Source of the DNA: an uncultured Actinomycetota bacterium
GTDB lineage: Bacteria > Actinomycetota > Humimicrobiia > Humimicrobiales > Humimicrobiaceae
Length of the DNA stretch: 31,377 nucleotides
Direction of reading: 5' to 3'
NCBI GenBank assembly: GCA_964556035.1
Contig: CAZKVA010000002.1
Coordinates: forward strand, 1-31,377
Shown here: positions 1 through 8,909 of the stretch, one piece after another
Position numbering within the stretch: the first letter of the stretch is position 1
How the letters are laid out: every line of letters begins with the position of its first letter
Notes under the pieces: model-generated
Seen by the model: the letters and a program-made list of their open reading frames with translations, nothing else
What the model was told of the DNA's origin: nothing
Database searches by the model: none
Position numbers and translations under genes: made by a program

Positions 1-2
1 AA

Positions 3-821
3 AGAGTTATAAATACACCAATATCCGAAATAGGTATAATTGGGGCAGGAGTGGGAGCGGCCCTTACAGGGCAGAGACCAATAACAGAGATCATGTTTAT
101 AGATTTTACCACACTTGCAATGGACCAGATCGTAAACCAGGCAGCTAAGATCAGGTATATGACTGGAGACAGCTTAAATGTTCCCATGGTGATAAGGACC
201 CAGGGAGGAGCAGGCAAGGGGGTAGCTGCGCAACATTCACAGAGCCTCGAAGCATGGTTTTATCATACTCCTGGGCTAAAGGTTGTCATGCCTGCCACAT
301 CATATGATGTAAAAGGATTGCTCAAGACTGCAATAAGGGATGATAATCCGGTAGTCTTTTTAGAACACAAGATGATATATTTGATCAAGGGAGAAGTACC
401 GGAAGAAGAATATACTATACCTTTTGGAGAAGCGGATATAAAAAGAGAGGGTAGTGATATTACGATAGTAGCCTATTCCAATATGCTTTTTAAATCATTG
501 GAAGCAGCCAAAGAACTTGAGAAAGAGGGTATTAGCTGTGAAGTCGTGGACCCCAGGACTTTGGTTCCCCTGGATATTGATACTATAATAGACTCAGTCA
601 AGAAGACTGGTCGTCTGGTCGTTGTCACAGAAGCATGTAAAAGAGGATCTGTAGCTTCTGATATATCTGCAAAGGTAACCGAAAAAGCTTTTGACTGGCT
701 TGATGCGCCCGTAAAAATAGTTGCAGGGCTTAATACTCCCATACCATATAATTCTAACCTGGAGCAGGCATCGATTCCGCATAAAAAAGATATAGTTGCC
801 GCAGTAAAGGATATTATATAG
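3..821 (+). CDS. 2-oxoacid/acetoin dehydrogenase E1 beta subunit (5' end outside window)
   Basis: Frame is open from base 3 (RVINTPISEIGIIGAGVGAALTG). Motifs EIMFIDF, DQIVNQAAK, HSQSLEAW, DNPVVFLEHK and VDPRTL are typical of E1-beta/AcoB/PdhB. Confidence 0.9.
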   Translation, partial: RVINTPISEIGIIGAGVGAALTGQRPITEIMFIDFTTLAMDQIVNQAAKIRYMTGDSLNVPMVIRTQGGAGKGVAAQHSQSLEAWFYHTPGLKVVMPATSYDVKGLLKTAIRDDNPVVFLEHKMIYLIKGEVPEEEYTIPFGEADIKREGSDITIVAYSNMLFKSLEAAKELEKEGISCEVVDPRTLVPLDIDTIIDSVKKTGRLVVVTEACKRGSVASDISAKVTEKAFDWLDAPVKIVAGLNTPIPYNSNLEQASIPHKKDIVAAVKDII

Positions 822-871
822 AGTAGTAATAAGTTAATAAATAAATTATATATACTTAAGAAAGGTAAAAA

Positions 872-2065
872 ATGTCAGAATATAAAAAATCAGCCATACA
901 GAGACTGTCAGAGACTTCTGATCTGATGGAGATTTGGTGGGATTCTTCACCTCTTATATTTAATAAATGGATGGATTCAGTAATAGAGAAAGCCAAACCG
1001 GAAGATAAGGAAAAGCTTAAAGCTCAGCTAAAAGTATTATTTGATACAGATAATCCAGGAGACTGTCTTTTTGATGGTGTTACCACAAACCCTAAACTTA
1101 CAAATACAGCACTTGGAATGATGTCTGAGGAAATGAACCCGATCATAGACGAGATAATTGAAGGGAATAAAGCCAAAAGTAACTACCTTCTTGCCTGGAA
1201 GACCTATAAGGAGATAACAAAAAGAGGTGCAGATCTCTATATGCCTCTATTTGAAAAATCAAAGTTTAAAAAAGGTTATGTTTCGGCACAGGTAGATCCA
1301 AGAATTGTGACCGATATAAAGAAAATGCTTCACCAGGCACTGGAACTAAAGGAGCTTAGTTCAAACATTATGGTAAAGTGCCCTGGTTCCCATGAAGGTA
1401 TTTATCTCACTGAGATACTTACTTCTTTAGGCATACCCACAAATGAGACCCTTGTATTTCACATCCCCCAGGTAGTAGCTGTTGCCGAAGCAGTAAAGAA
1501 GGGTCTTGAGACCGGTAAACGCAATCTGGTGGACTATTCCCAATGGAGATCAGTTATTACCATTATGATCGGACGGTTTGAAGGAATGCCCGAGTTTGAA
1601 GAAAGCGCAGCTTCTGCAGGAATCGAGCTTACTGAAGAGCTTAAAAGGTGGTCAGGGATTGCTATAGCCAAAAAAGCCCATAAGATATTAAATGATCCAT
1701 CGAATGGATACAGCTCAAAACTTCTTCTGTGCTCTGCCAGGCCCGGACCCGGGGAAGGTAATGTCTACCATTTGGAGAAAGTAGCTGGAGGCAATATGGT
1801 ATATACCTTAAATCCCGAGATCATAGAAGACTTTATATCTATTTGTGAAGATAAAGATATATATTCCCAGATGGATGACCCGGTACCAGAAGAGATAATG
1901 GCCAAACTACTTAAGATACCTTACTTTGTGAAGGGATATGAAGTAGAAGGAATGAAAAGAAAAGATTTTATAGATCATCCTTCATTTGTGATGACAAGGG
2001 AACAGTTTTCCGGGAGCATGGCCGGAATAGAGGAATATATTGAAAAAAGGAAAGCTCTTAAATAA
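872..2065 (+). CDS. Divergent transaldolase-family protein
   Basis: WWDS, GVTTNP, VSAQVDPR, Schiff-base Lys in NIMVKCPG, TNETLVF, IGRF and CSARP. SD AGAAAGG upstream. Confidence 0.8.
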   Translation: MSEYKKSAIQRLSETSDLMEIWWDSSPLIFNKWMDSVIEKAKPEDKEKLKAQLKVLFDTDNPGDCLFDGVTTNPKLTNTALGMMSEEMNPIIDEIIEGNKAKSNYLLAWKTYKEITKRGADLYMPLFEKSKFKKGYVSAQVDPRIVTDIKKMLHQALELKELSSNIMVKCPGSHEGIYLTEILTSLGIPTNETLVFHIPQVVAVAEAVKKGLETGKRNLVDYSQWRSVITIMIGRFEGMPEFEESAASAGIELTEELKRWSGIAIAKKAHKILNDPSNGYSSKLLLCSARPGPGEGNVYHLEKVAGGNMVYTLNPEIIEDFISICEDKDIYSQMDDPVPEEIMAKLLKIPYFVKGYEVEGMKRKDFIDHPSFVMTREQFSGSMAGIEEYIEKRKALK

Positions 2066-2130
2066 TTATCATATATATGAATAGAAATAAATAGATTTAA
2101 GAATCCTATCATAATTCTAATGAATAAAAT

Positions 2131-2158
2131 AAAAAAAGACTCAAGCTGGGTCTTTTTT
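2131..2158 (+). terminator. Rho-independent terminator (A-tract and T-tract, possibly bidirectional)
   Basis: AAAAAAAGACTC-AAGCT-GGGTCTTTTTT, 65 bp after the transaldolase stop. Confidence 0.75.
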
Positions 2159-2336
2159 ATTATCCGGAATAGAGGGATTTGACGAAAATAATAAACTGAT
2201 TCATTAAAAATAAGTTTTTCCTTAAAATAATCTTTTAAATTTAAGACTATTTTATGTTAATATATAAGCTTATAAATTCTTTGGTTTTTAGAATTTATTT
2301 ATAGGATAACAATTATTTTTTAGGAGGCTGTCTGAA

Positions 2337-3230
2337 GTGATTAAGAATAAAAGAAGATTATTAATGCTAATTCCGATTATATTTACTATTTTTACTATAA
2401 CTCTGCTATTTCCCTCACTGGCTTTTGCTCAGGAAGAAGACACCATGGAAGAAGAGATCATTGAGCCCGAAGTATTGAATTTCGATATTAACTATAGTGA
2501 AGTAAATGCATACGGGATAATCGGAGAACTGTTTGAATTTAAGGTTGACGTTACTCTTGATGCTCCCGAGGAGCAGTACTTTGAATTAGAAAAGGATGTC
2601 CCACCAGGTTGGTCCATTAAGGTCAGTCCCGGCAGTCTGAGCGTAGATGTACCAGGACTAAAACTAAAACCCGGGAATAAAGAATCACTTACCATAGTCT
2701 GCAGTCCTCTAGTCGAGCAGGATCCAGGAGAATATATATTTAGTTTGACACTAAAATCCACCAAAGAAGGAAAGCAATTAGAGGAAAGTGTAGAATTTAA
2801 GGCACTTGTAAAATATGCCGGTCTTTTGAGTTTGACAACTTCTACAGGAAGACTAAGTACTGATATAGGGCCAGGTAGGGACAATCTCTATATTTTGATA
2901 ATTGAGAATACAGGGACCGCACCCGTCGAGGATATAAGTATAAGTACGCAGCAGGAACCTGAGGGTTGGCTGATAGAGCTTGAAGATAATATAGATATTC
3001 TCCAAGTCGGTGAAAAAATGGAAATTGAAGCTAATATTATTCCTCCCGAGAGGACCATTGCGGGAGATTACAGTATAAAGTTTTTAGCTAACAGCAGTGA
3101 AGATAATGATTCACTGGACCTCAGGACAGCAGTAAAGACTCCACTCATATGGAGGATACTGGGCATAGCGCTTATAGCATTTGTAATTGCAGGAATTGCC
3201 ATAGTATTTGAAAGGCTTAGCCGAAGGTAA
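2337..3230 (+). CDS. Membrane-anchored protein with two NEW3-like (COG1470-type) Ig repeats
   Basis: AGGAGG SD and GTG start. Signal peptide ends ...SLAFA/QEE. Two P-x-GW...PG(E/D)Y repeats and a C-terminal TM helix followed by RLSRR. Confidence 0.7.
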   Translation: MIKNKRRLLMLIPIIFTIFTITLLFPSLAFAQEEDTMEEEIIEPEVLNFDINYSEVNAYGIIGELFEFKVDVTLDAPEEQYFELEKDVPPGWSIKVSPGSLSVDVPGLKLKPGNKESLTIVCSPLVEQDPGEYIFSLTLKSTKEGKQLEESVEFKALVKYAGLLSLTTSTGRLSTDIGPGRDNLYILIIENTGTAPVEDISISTQQEPEGWLIELEDNIDILQVGEKMEIEANIIPPERTIAGDYSIKFLANSSEDNDSLDLRTAVKTPLIWRILGIALIAFVIAGIAIVFERLSRR

Positions 3231-3321
3231 TGAGATTTTTTTAAATTATTTAACAATAATAAATATTCTTTAATGATGATCTTGTTTAAAACTGCTGTTT
3301 GGCGGAGTGTGGGTCTTACTT

Positions 3322-3348
3322 TTTAAGGGTTTTTTATATGCCCTTAAA
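3322..3348. terminator. Hairpin, possible weak terminator after the NEW3 gene
   Basis: TTTAAGGG-N11-CCCTTAAA inverted repeat. There is no clean U-tract. Confidence 0.3.
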
Positions 3349-3476
3349 TGGCAGCCGTATTTTAAAAAAGTCTTCCATGCAACTGCTATCCTATTTCCTC
3401 ATTAATAAATCTAAACGAAACCAACACTTGTAATAATCTTATTTATTATATAGTATTATTTTATCTGTTTAAATGC

Positions 3477-3500
3477 ATGGTTGCAATATATTGCAACCAT
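3477..3500. promoter_or_regulatory. Perfect 24-bp palindrome, candidate operator of the transketolase operon
   Basis: ATGGTTGCAATA-TATTGCAACCAT, ending 50 bp before the ATG at 3551. Confidence 0.6.
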
Positions 3501-3550
3501 CAAAAATAATATATTAAATATAGTTATTAAAAGAATTAAAGAGGTAGGCA

Positions 3551-4408
3551 ATGCCAAAACTTTCAAATGAAGAAATAAAAAACCTTATTGAAAAGTCATA
3601 TATTTCAAGAAGAAATATTCTGAAGATGATGGAAAAAGGAGAGGGCCATATAGGTGGTGCTTTTTCTGCACTGGATATTATAACGGTAATATATAACAGT
3701 ATCCTGAAATTTGATCCTGAAAAACCAAAATGGGAGGATAGGGACCGTTTTATTTTATCTGCAGGCCATAAAGTATTGGCTCTTTATGCTACCCTGGCGG
3801 ATGTAGGTTATTTTGATGAAGAAATACTTTGGACATACAATAGTATTGACACCAGGGTACCAATGCATCCTGACGAAAAGGTACTTCCTGGGATTGAATT
3901 TCCTACTGGATCTTTAGGACATGGACTGGCTGTTGCTTGTGGCATATCGCTGAGTGCCAGGCTGGATAATAAAGATTTTAGAGTATTTACCATGCTTGGA
4001 GATGGTGAATGTGATGAAGGTTCAGTATGGGAAGCTGCAATGTCTGCATCGCATCATGGAATGGATAATTTAACAGCTATTGTCGACCGGAATGGCTTCC
4101 AGGTAAACGGAGGAACCAGAGAGGTCATGGATACATCTGCCCTGGAAGAAAAATTTTCTTCATTTGGATGGGAAGTGAAGACAATTGACGGTCATGATTT
4201 TAAACAAATATACGAAGTATTGTCATCTGTTCCATTTAAACCTGGTAAACCTTCATGCATAGTAGCCGATACTACAAAATGCAAAGGTCTTTCTTTCGGG
4301 GAAGACAAGTTTGAGTTCCATCACTGGCATTGTCCACTGGAAGAAATCAATAATGCTATAGAATTAGTAAATGACCAGAAAAAAAAGGAGTATTCAAAAA
4401 TTGAATGA
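3551..4408 (+). CDS. Split transketolase, N-terminal (ThDP-binding) subunit
   Basis: GHIGG, DRDRFILSAGH, TGSLGHGL and the ThDP motif GDGECDEG...DRN. Confidence 0.92.
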   Translation: MPKLSNEEIKNLIEKSYISRRNILKMMEKGEGHIGGAFSALDIITVIYNSILKFDPEKPKWEDRDRFILSAGHKVLALYATLADVGYFDEEILWTYNSIDTRVPMHPDEKVLPGIEFPTGSLGHGLAVACGISLSARLDNKDFRVFTMLGDGECDEGSVWEAAMSASHHGMDNLTAIVDRNGFQVNGGTREVMDTSALEEKFSSFGWEVKTIDGHDFKQIYEVLSSVPFKPGKPSCIVADTTKCKGLSFGEDKFEFHHWHCPLEEINNAIELVNDQKKKEYSKIE

Positions 4409-5354
4409 TAAAAGCAATAAGACATATGACGATCCCAGGAAAATAATAGCATCAGCCCTGGTAGAAGCAGGGGACACGAACAAAGATGTCGTCTATGTTT
4501 CCTGTGATTCGTCCCTTGGAGCCTCAGGGGACCCTTTTAGAAAAAAATATCCTGAAAGGCATTTTGAATTTGGGATCGCTGAAGCTGCAGCTATGGGCCA
4601 GGCAGCTGGTTTATCCATTTCAGGAAAGATCGCTTTTATTACTGCATATTTACCGTTTGTAACTTATAGGTGTTTTGAACAAATAAGGGATGATGTATGT
4701 AAAACAAAATTAAATGTCAATATAATGGGTAATAATTGTGGTTTTTCTGTAGGATCTCTGGGACCCACACATACAGTTCTGGAGGATGTTACAGTGATGC
4801 GTTCAATACCAAACCTTATCATTTTTGCACCTTCGGACGGTCCGCAGTATCGGGCAGCAGTGCTGGCTGCTGTTGATATTGAAAATCCGGTGTATATAAG
4901 GGTGCACCGGAATAAGACTCCGAGGTTGTACGATATGGATTGCAAATTAGTTCCGGGGAAAGCAGATATTTTGAAAGAGGGCAGCGACCTCACTTTAATA
5001 TCGACTTCTTCCATGGTGAATAAAACGGTTGAAGCTGCGGAGATCCTGAAAGGAAAGGGAATAGATGCAGAGGTCATAAATATGTATTGCCTAAAACCGG
5101 TGGACAGTAATACCATTATAAATTCTGCTGAAAAGACTAAAAAAGTGATCACTATTGAAGAGCATACCATTGTCGGTGGCCTGGGTGGAATCGTCTCTGA
5201 AGTCCTGGCACAAAGCTCTACTGCAAAACTCGCAATGATCGGAATACAGGATCAGTTTGCAGTAGTTGGTGATTATCAGCAGCTGCTCGACTATTATGGG
5301 CTCACCACTGAAAAGTTAGTAAGCCGAATCGAGGAACTGGCGAATAAACTGTAG
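4401..5354 (+). CDS. Split transketolase, C-terminal subunit
   Basis: FGIAE, RCFEQIR, GPTH, TIEEH and GGLG motifs. Start moved to the TTG at 4401, which follows SD AAGGAG and overlaps the upstream stop by 8 nt. Confidence 0.9.
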   Translation: MNDKSNKTYDDPRKIIASALVEAGDTNKDVVYVSCDSSLGASGDPFRKKYPERHFEFGIAEAAAMGQAAGLSISGKIAFITAYLPFVTYRCFEQIRDDVCKTKLNVNIMGNNCGFSVGSLGPTHTVLEDVTVMRSIPNLIIFAPSDGPQYRAAVLAAVDIENPVYIRVHRNKTPRLYDMDCKLVPGKADILKEGSDLTLISTSSMVNKTVEAAEILKGKGIDAEVINMYCLKPVDSNTIINSAEKTKKVITIEEHTIVGGLGGIVSEVLAQSSTAKLAMIGIQDQFAVVGDYQQLLDYYGLTTEKLVSRIEELANKL

Positions 5355-5551
5355 AGCCATTAAGTTATCTACTATATATTTTCAAAATTTTTTATTATTA
5401 ACTCAAATTTTACCCTTAGTTTACAAATTGTGTAAATTTGTATTTCTTCAATATGAATAGCAATAAAATATATGAAGTAAATATTTTCTCATGCTATAAT
5501 CAAATGATGCTTAAGGGAATTACAAGACTTCTAGAATAGGAAATCGAGAAT

Positions 5552-7075
5552 ATGAAAAAAATGGGATTTGATAATGAAAAGTATCTAAATGAGCAGACTT
5601 CAGCAATTCTTGAAAGAGTTGAAAAATTTGGGGAAAAACTATATTTGGAATTTGGCGGAAAGCTTTGTTTCGATTATCATGCTGCAAGAGTATTACCGGG
5701 GTATGATACAAATGTTAAAATCAGGCTCCTGAAGTCCCTTAAAGATAAGGTTGATATAGTACTTTGTATATATGCCGGTGATATTGAGAGTGGAAGAGTC
5801 AGGGGAGATTTTGGGATTACCTATGATATAGCAACCCTAAAACTTATAGATGATCTGAGAAAATGGGGACTTGATATTCTGGCTGTTGTAATAACCAGGT
5901 TCGAAGGACAACCCTCTGCGGAAGTCTTTAAAAATAAACTTGAGATGCGGGGAGTCAAAGTTTATAAACATTATCCTATTAAGAATTATCCGACAGATAT
6001 GGACTTGATCTGTAGCGAAGATGGTTTTGGGAAAAATGAATATATAGAATCACAGAAACAGATAGTAGTCGTTACTGCCCCTGGGCCGAATAGTGGAAAA
6101 TTATCTACCTGTCTTTCACAATTATACCATGACCATAATAATAAGATCAATTCTGGCTATGCTAAATTTGAGACATTTCCCATATGGAATCTTCCTTTAA
6201 AACATCCTGTAAATATTGCTTATGAGGCAGCCACTGCCGATATACAGGACTTTAACCTGGTAGATCCTTTTCACCTTGCCAAGTATAATAAAACAGCAAT
6301 CAATTATAACCGGGATGTCGAGAGTTTCCCAATACTTAAGCTTATAATAAGTAAAATAGTTGCGGATAATAATAATCATCCGCTATATAATTCACCAACT
6401 GATATGGGAGTGAATAGGGCTGGATTTGGTATTATAGATGATAAAATAGTACAGGAAGCGGCAAAGCAAGAGCTTATCCGGCGTTTTTTCCGCTATAATA
6501 CTGAATATATAATGGGTATCGAAAAAAAAGAGACTGTAGAGCGTGTAAGGCTTTTAATGGAAGAGCTTGGAGTAAAAGTCAATAATAGAAAAGTAGTTGC
6601 AATCGCAAGGAAGAGTGCCACGGAAGCTGAGGAATCCGGAAAAGGTAATGAAGGAATTTTTTGCGGCGCTGCGCTTGAATTAGTTGATGACCGCATAATC
6701 ACAGGTAAGAATTCGAAACTAATGCATGCATCATCAAGCCTTATCCTCAACTCGGTAAAAGTACTTGCAGATATTCCGGATGAGATATTACTCCTTTCTC
6801 CTCAGGTGATCAATCAAATATCCATGTTAAAAAAGGATATCCTTAATGAGGAATCAGAGAGCATGGACCTTGAAGAGACATTGATTGCCCTTTCGATAAG
6901 TGCAACAACAAGCCATACCGCTGAACTGGCCATGAATAAACTTGACCAGTTAAGGGGATGCGAGATGCATATGACCCATATCCCTACGCCAGGTGATGAA
7001 GTAGGGTTAAAAAGGCTTGGTGTTAATCTCACGACTGATGGGAAGTTCTCGTCCCGTAGTTTATTTATAGCCTAA
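5552..7075 (+). CDS. DUF1846 / UPF0371 family protein
   Basis: GFDNEKYL, LYLEFGGKL, HAARVLPG, P-loop-like APGPNSGKL, KFETFPIW, NYNRDVE and PTDMGVN. Confidence 0.88.
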   Translation: MKKMGFDNEKYLNEQTSAILERVEKFGEKLYLEFGGKLCFDYHAARVLPGYDTNVKIRLLKSLKDKVDIVLCIYAGDIESGRVRGDFGITYDIATLKLIDDLRKWGLDILAVVITRFEGQPSAEVFKNKLEMRGVKVYKHYPIKNYPTDMDLICSEDGFGKNEYIESQKQIVVVTAPGPNSGKLSTCLSQLYHDHNNKINSGYAKFETFPIWNLPLKHPVNIAYEAATADIQDFNLVDPFHLAKYNKTAINYNRDVESFPILKLIISKIVADNNNHPLYNSPTDMGVNRAGFGIIDDKIVQEAAKQELIRRFFRYNTEYIMGIEKKETVERVRLLMEELGVKVNNRKVVAIARKSATEAEESGKGNEGIFCGAALELVDDRIITGKNSKLMHASSSLILNSVKVLADIPDEILLLSPQVINQISMLKKDILNEESESMDLEETLIALSISATTSHTAELAMNKLDQLRGCEMHMTHIPTPGDEVGLKRLGVNLTTDGKFSSRSLFIA

Positions 7076-7355
7076 TTCACCAAGTTCTTTCAAAAGACTG
7101 GTATTTATTATTAATAAGTATTCAATTTCTTGAAAAACTTTCATATAAATATCAGGCAAAATAATAAAAAACAATTCTATTATATAATAATGTATGTATA
7201 AATATATAACTATTATTATATATATAAATTTGAAATAATATATCTGTTATTGTATTATTACTATTATTAATATTAAATATATTTTATAGCAAATATTAGT
7301 AGATAAGCAGTTTAAAATTATATAATATAATAATATTGATCTAGTAATATTATTA

Positions 7356-8888
7356 TTGGGGCAAACAAGTAATATGATTTCAAGAGAAAGCAAATTAAAA
7401 GAAGAATTTACCAATGAGATAGAAAAATTAAAAAATCTTATTGGAGATATTGAGAAGTCAAGTGAAAGGCATGGCTTGCTTGAAGGAGCCCTAAAAGAAA
7501 GTCAGGAAAAATATAAGGCTCTTTTTGATGTTATCCCATTTGGGATAATGGAACTTGACGGAGAGGGGCTGATAATTAATGTCAATAAGCAAGTCCTGGA
7601 AATATTTGCTTTCAAAAAGAAGAATCTTGTCGGTAATTCTCTTAAAAATATTGATATATTTAAAAATAAAGAAATAAAAAATTATTTTGATTTTCTTGAT
7701 TATCCGATTAGCGAGAAAAGGCAGTTTTCTGCAGAGATAGAATTACTGAATAAATCTGGAGATAATATATATGTAGAGTTAAATTATTATATCCATAAAA
7801 AAGATAATGAGATAAAAAGTGTGTATATAATAATAAATAATATTTCTGAGAGGAAAAGAATCGAAGAGGAGATCAGATATTTAAGATTTCACGACCAGTT
7901 GACAGAACTTTTCAATAGGTCCTATTTTGATGAAGAGGTAAAACGTCTTAATACGGAAAGACAGCTTCCCCTTAGTATAGTAATCGGTGATATAAATGGA
8001 TTAAGCATAATCAATGATGCTTTTGGCAATAATGAAGGAGACCGGCTATTAAAAATAGTTTCTGATATATTTAAAAAAGTATGCCGTAGGGAAGATATAG
8101 TCGCACGGTATGGTGAAGATGAGTTTGCTGTCCTGCTGCCTTCAACATCAAAAGAACTTGCTCTTGAGATAAAAAACAGAATTAAAGAAATGTGTGAAGA
8201 AGTGAGTAAAAAGGAATTCCCATTCATATTATCTCTTGGTGTTTCAACAAAAGAAAACAGGGAACAGCAGTTTAATGAGATAATTATCTCTGCAAGAGAT
8301 TCAATGTACAGAAATAAATTAATATCCAGTAAAAACACCCCGGGCGGTGTAGTATTTTCCCTGGTCGATACATTATTGGAAAATGGGTACGAGACAAAAG
8401 AACATACTAAAAGAGTGGAAAAGATGGCAGGGGAACTTGGTTCGGCATTAAGATTAACGAATAGCAAGATGGATGAGCTTTCAATGCTGGCAAGCCTGCA
8501 TGACCTTGGGAAGGTAGCAATTCCTGATAATATATTAAAGGATAAGGAAAAGCTTTCCAGCAAAGACTGGGAGGTCATCAAAAGCTATCCGGAAATAGGC
8601 TACAATATTGCTAAGTCTTCATTTAAATTCGCACATATAGCAGATTATATATTACACCATCATGAGAGATGGGACGGTTTGGGTTATCCTATGAAGTTAA
8701 AAGGTGAAGATATTCCATTACTTTCAAGAATAATGTCAATTGTCGATGCTTATGATGTAATGAGAAGCGGCAGGTTTTATAAAAAAACATTGACTAAGGA
8801 TGACGCCATAAAAGAGCTTAGAAAGTGTAGCGGAAAACAATTTGACCCCAAGCTTGTTGAGGAGTTCATCAGCATAATAGGGGAGTAG
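7356..8888 (+). CDS. PAS + degenerate GGDEF + HD-GYP c-di-GMP signalling protein
   Basis: PAS-like N-terminal region, HDQLTELFNR, GDING...ND, RREDIVARYGEDEF, LHDLGK and HHERWDGLGYP. The start may be the ATG at 7374 rather than the TTG at 7356. Confidence 0.88.
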   Translation: MGQTSNMISRESKLKEEFTNEIEKLKNLIGDIEKSSERHGLLEGALKESQEKYKALFDVIPFGIMELDGEGLIINVNKQVLEIFAFKKKNLVGNSLKNIDIFKNKEIKNYFDFLDYPISEKRQFSAEIELLNKSGDNIYVELNYYIHKKDNEIKSVYIIINNISERKRIEEEIRYLRFHDQLTELFNRSYFDEEVKRLNTERQLPLSIVIGDINGLSIINDAFGNNEGDRLLKIVSDIFKKVCRREDIVARYGEDEFAVLLPSTSKELALEIKNRIKEMCEEVSKKEFPFILSLGVSTKENREQQFNEIIISARDSMYRNKLISSKNTPGGVVFSLVDTLLENGYETKEHTKRVEKMAGELGSALRLTNSKMDELSMLASLHDLGKVAIPDNILKDKEKLSSKDWEVIKSYPEIGYNIAKSSFKFAHIADYILHHHERWDGLGYPMKLKGEDIPLLSRIMSIVDAYDVMRSGRFYKKTLTKDDAIKELRKCSGKQFDPKLVEEFISIIGE

Positions 8889-8909
8889 TATTTACAATAA
8901 TTACTGTAT

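Noticed and set aside
5422-5442. TACAAATT-N5-AATTTGTA inverted repeat as a Rex-type operator
   Set aside because: It does not match TTGTGAA-N4-TTCACAA, and an 8-bp AT-rich arm is expected by chance here.
7090-7355. AT-rich tract as a replication origin
   Set aside because: No TTATCCACA-like boxes were seen and there is no dnaA, dnaN or rpmH context.
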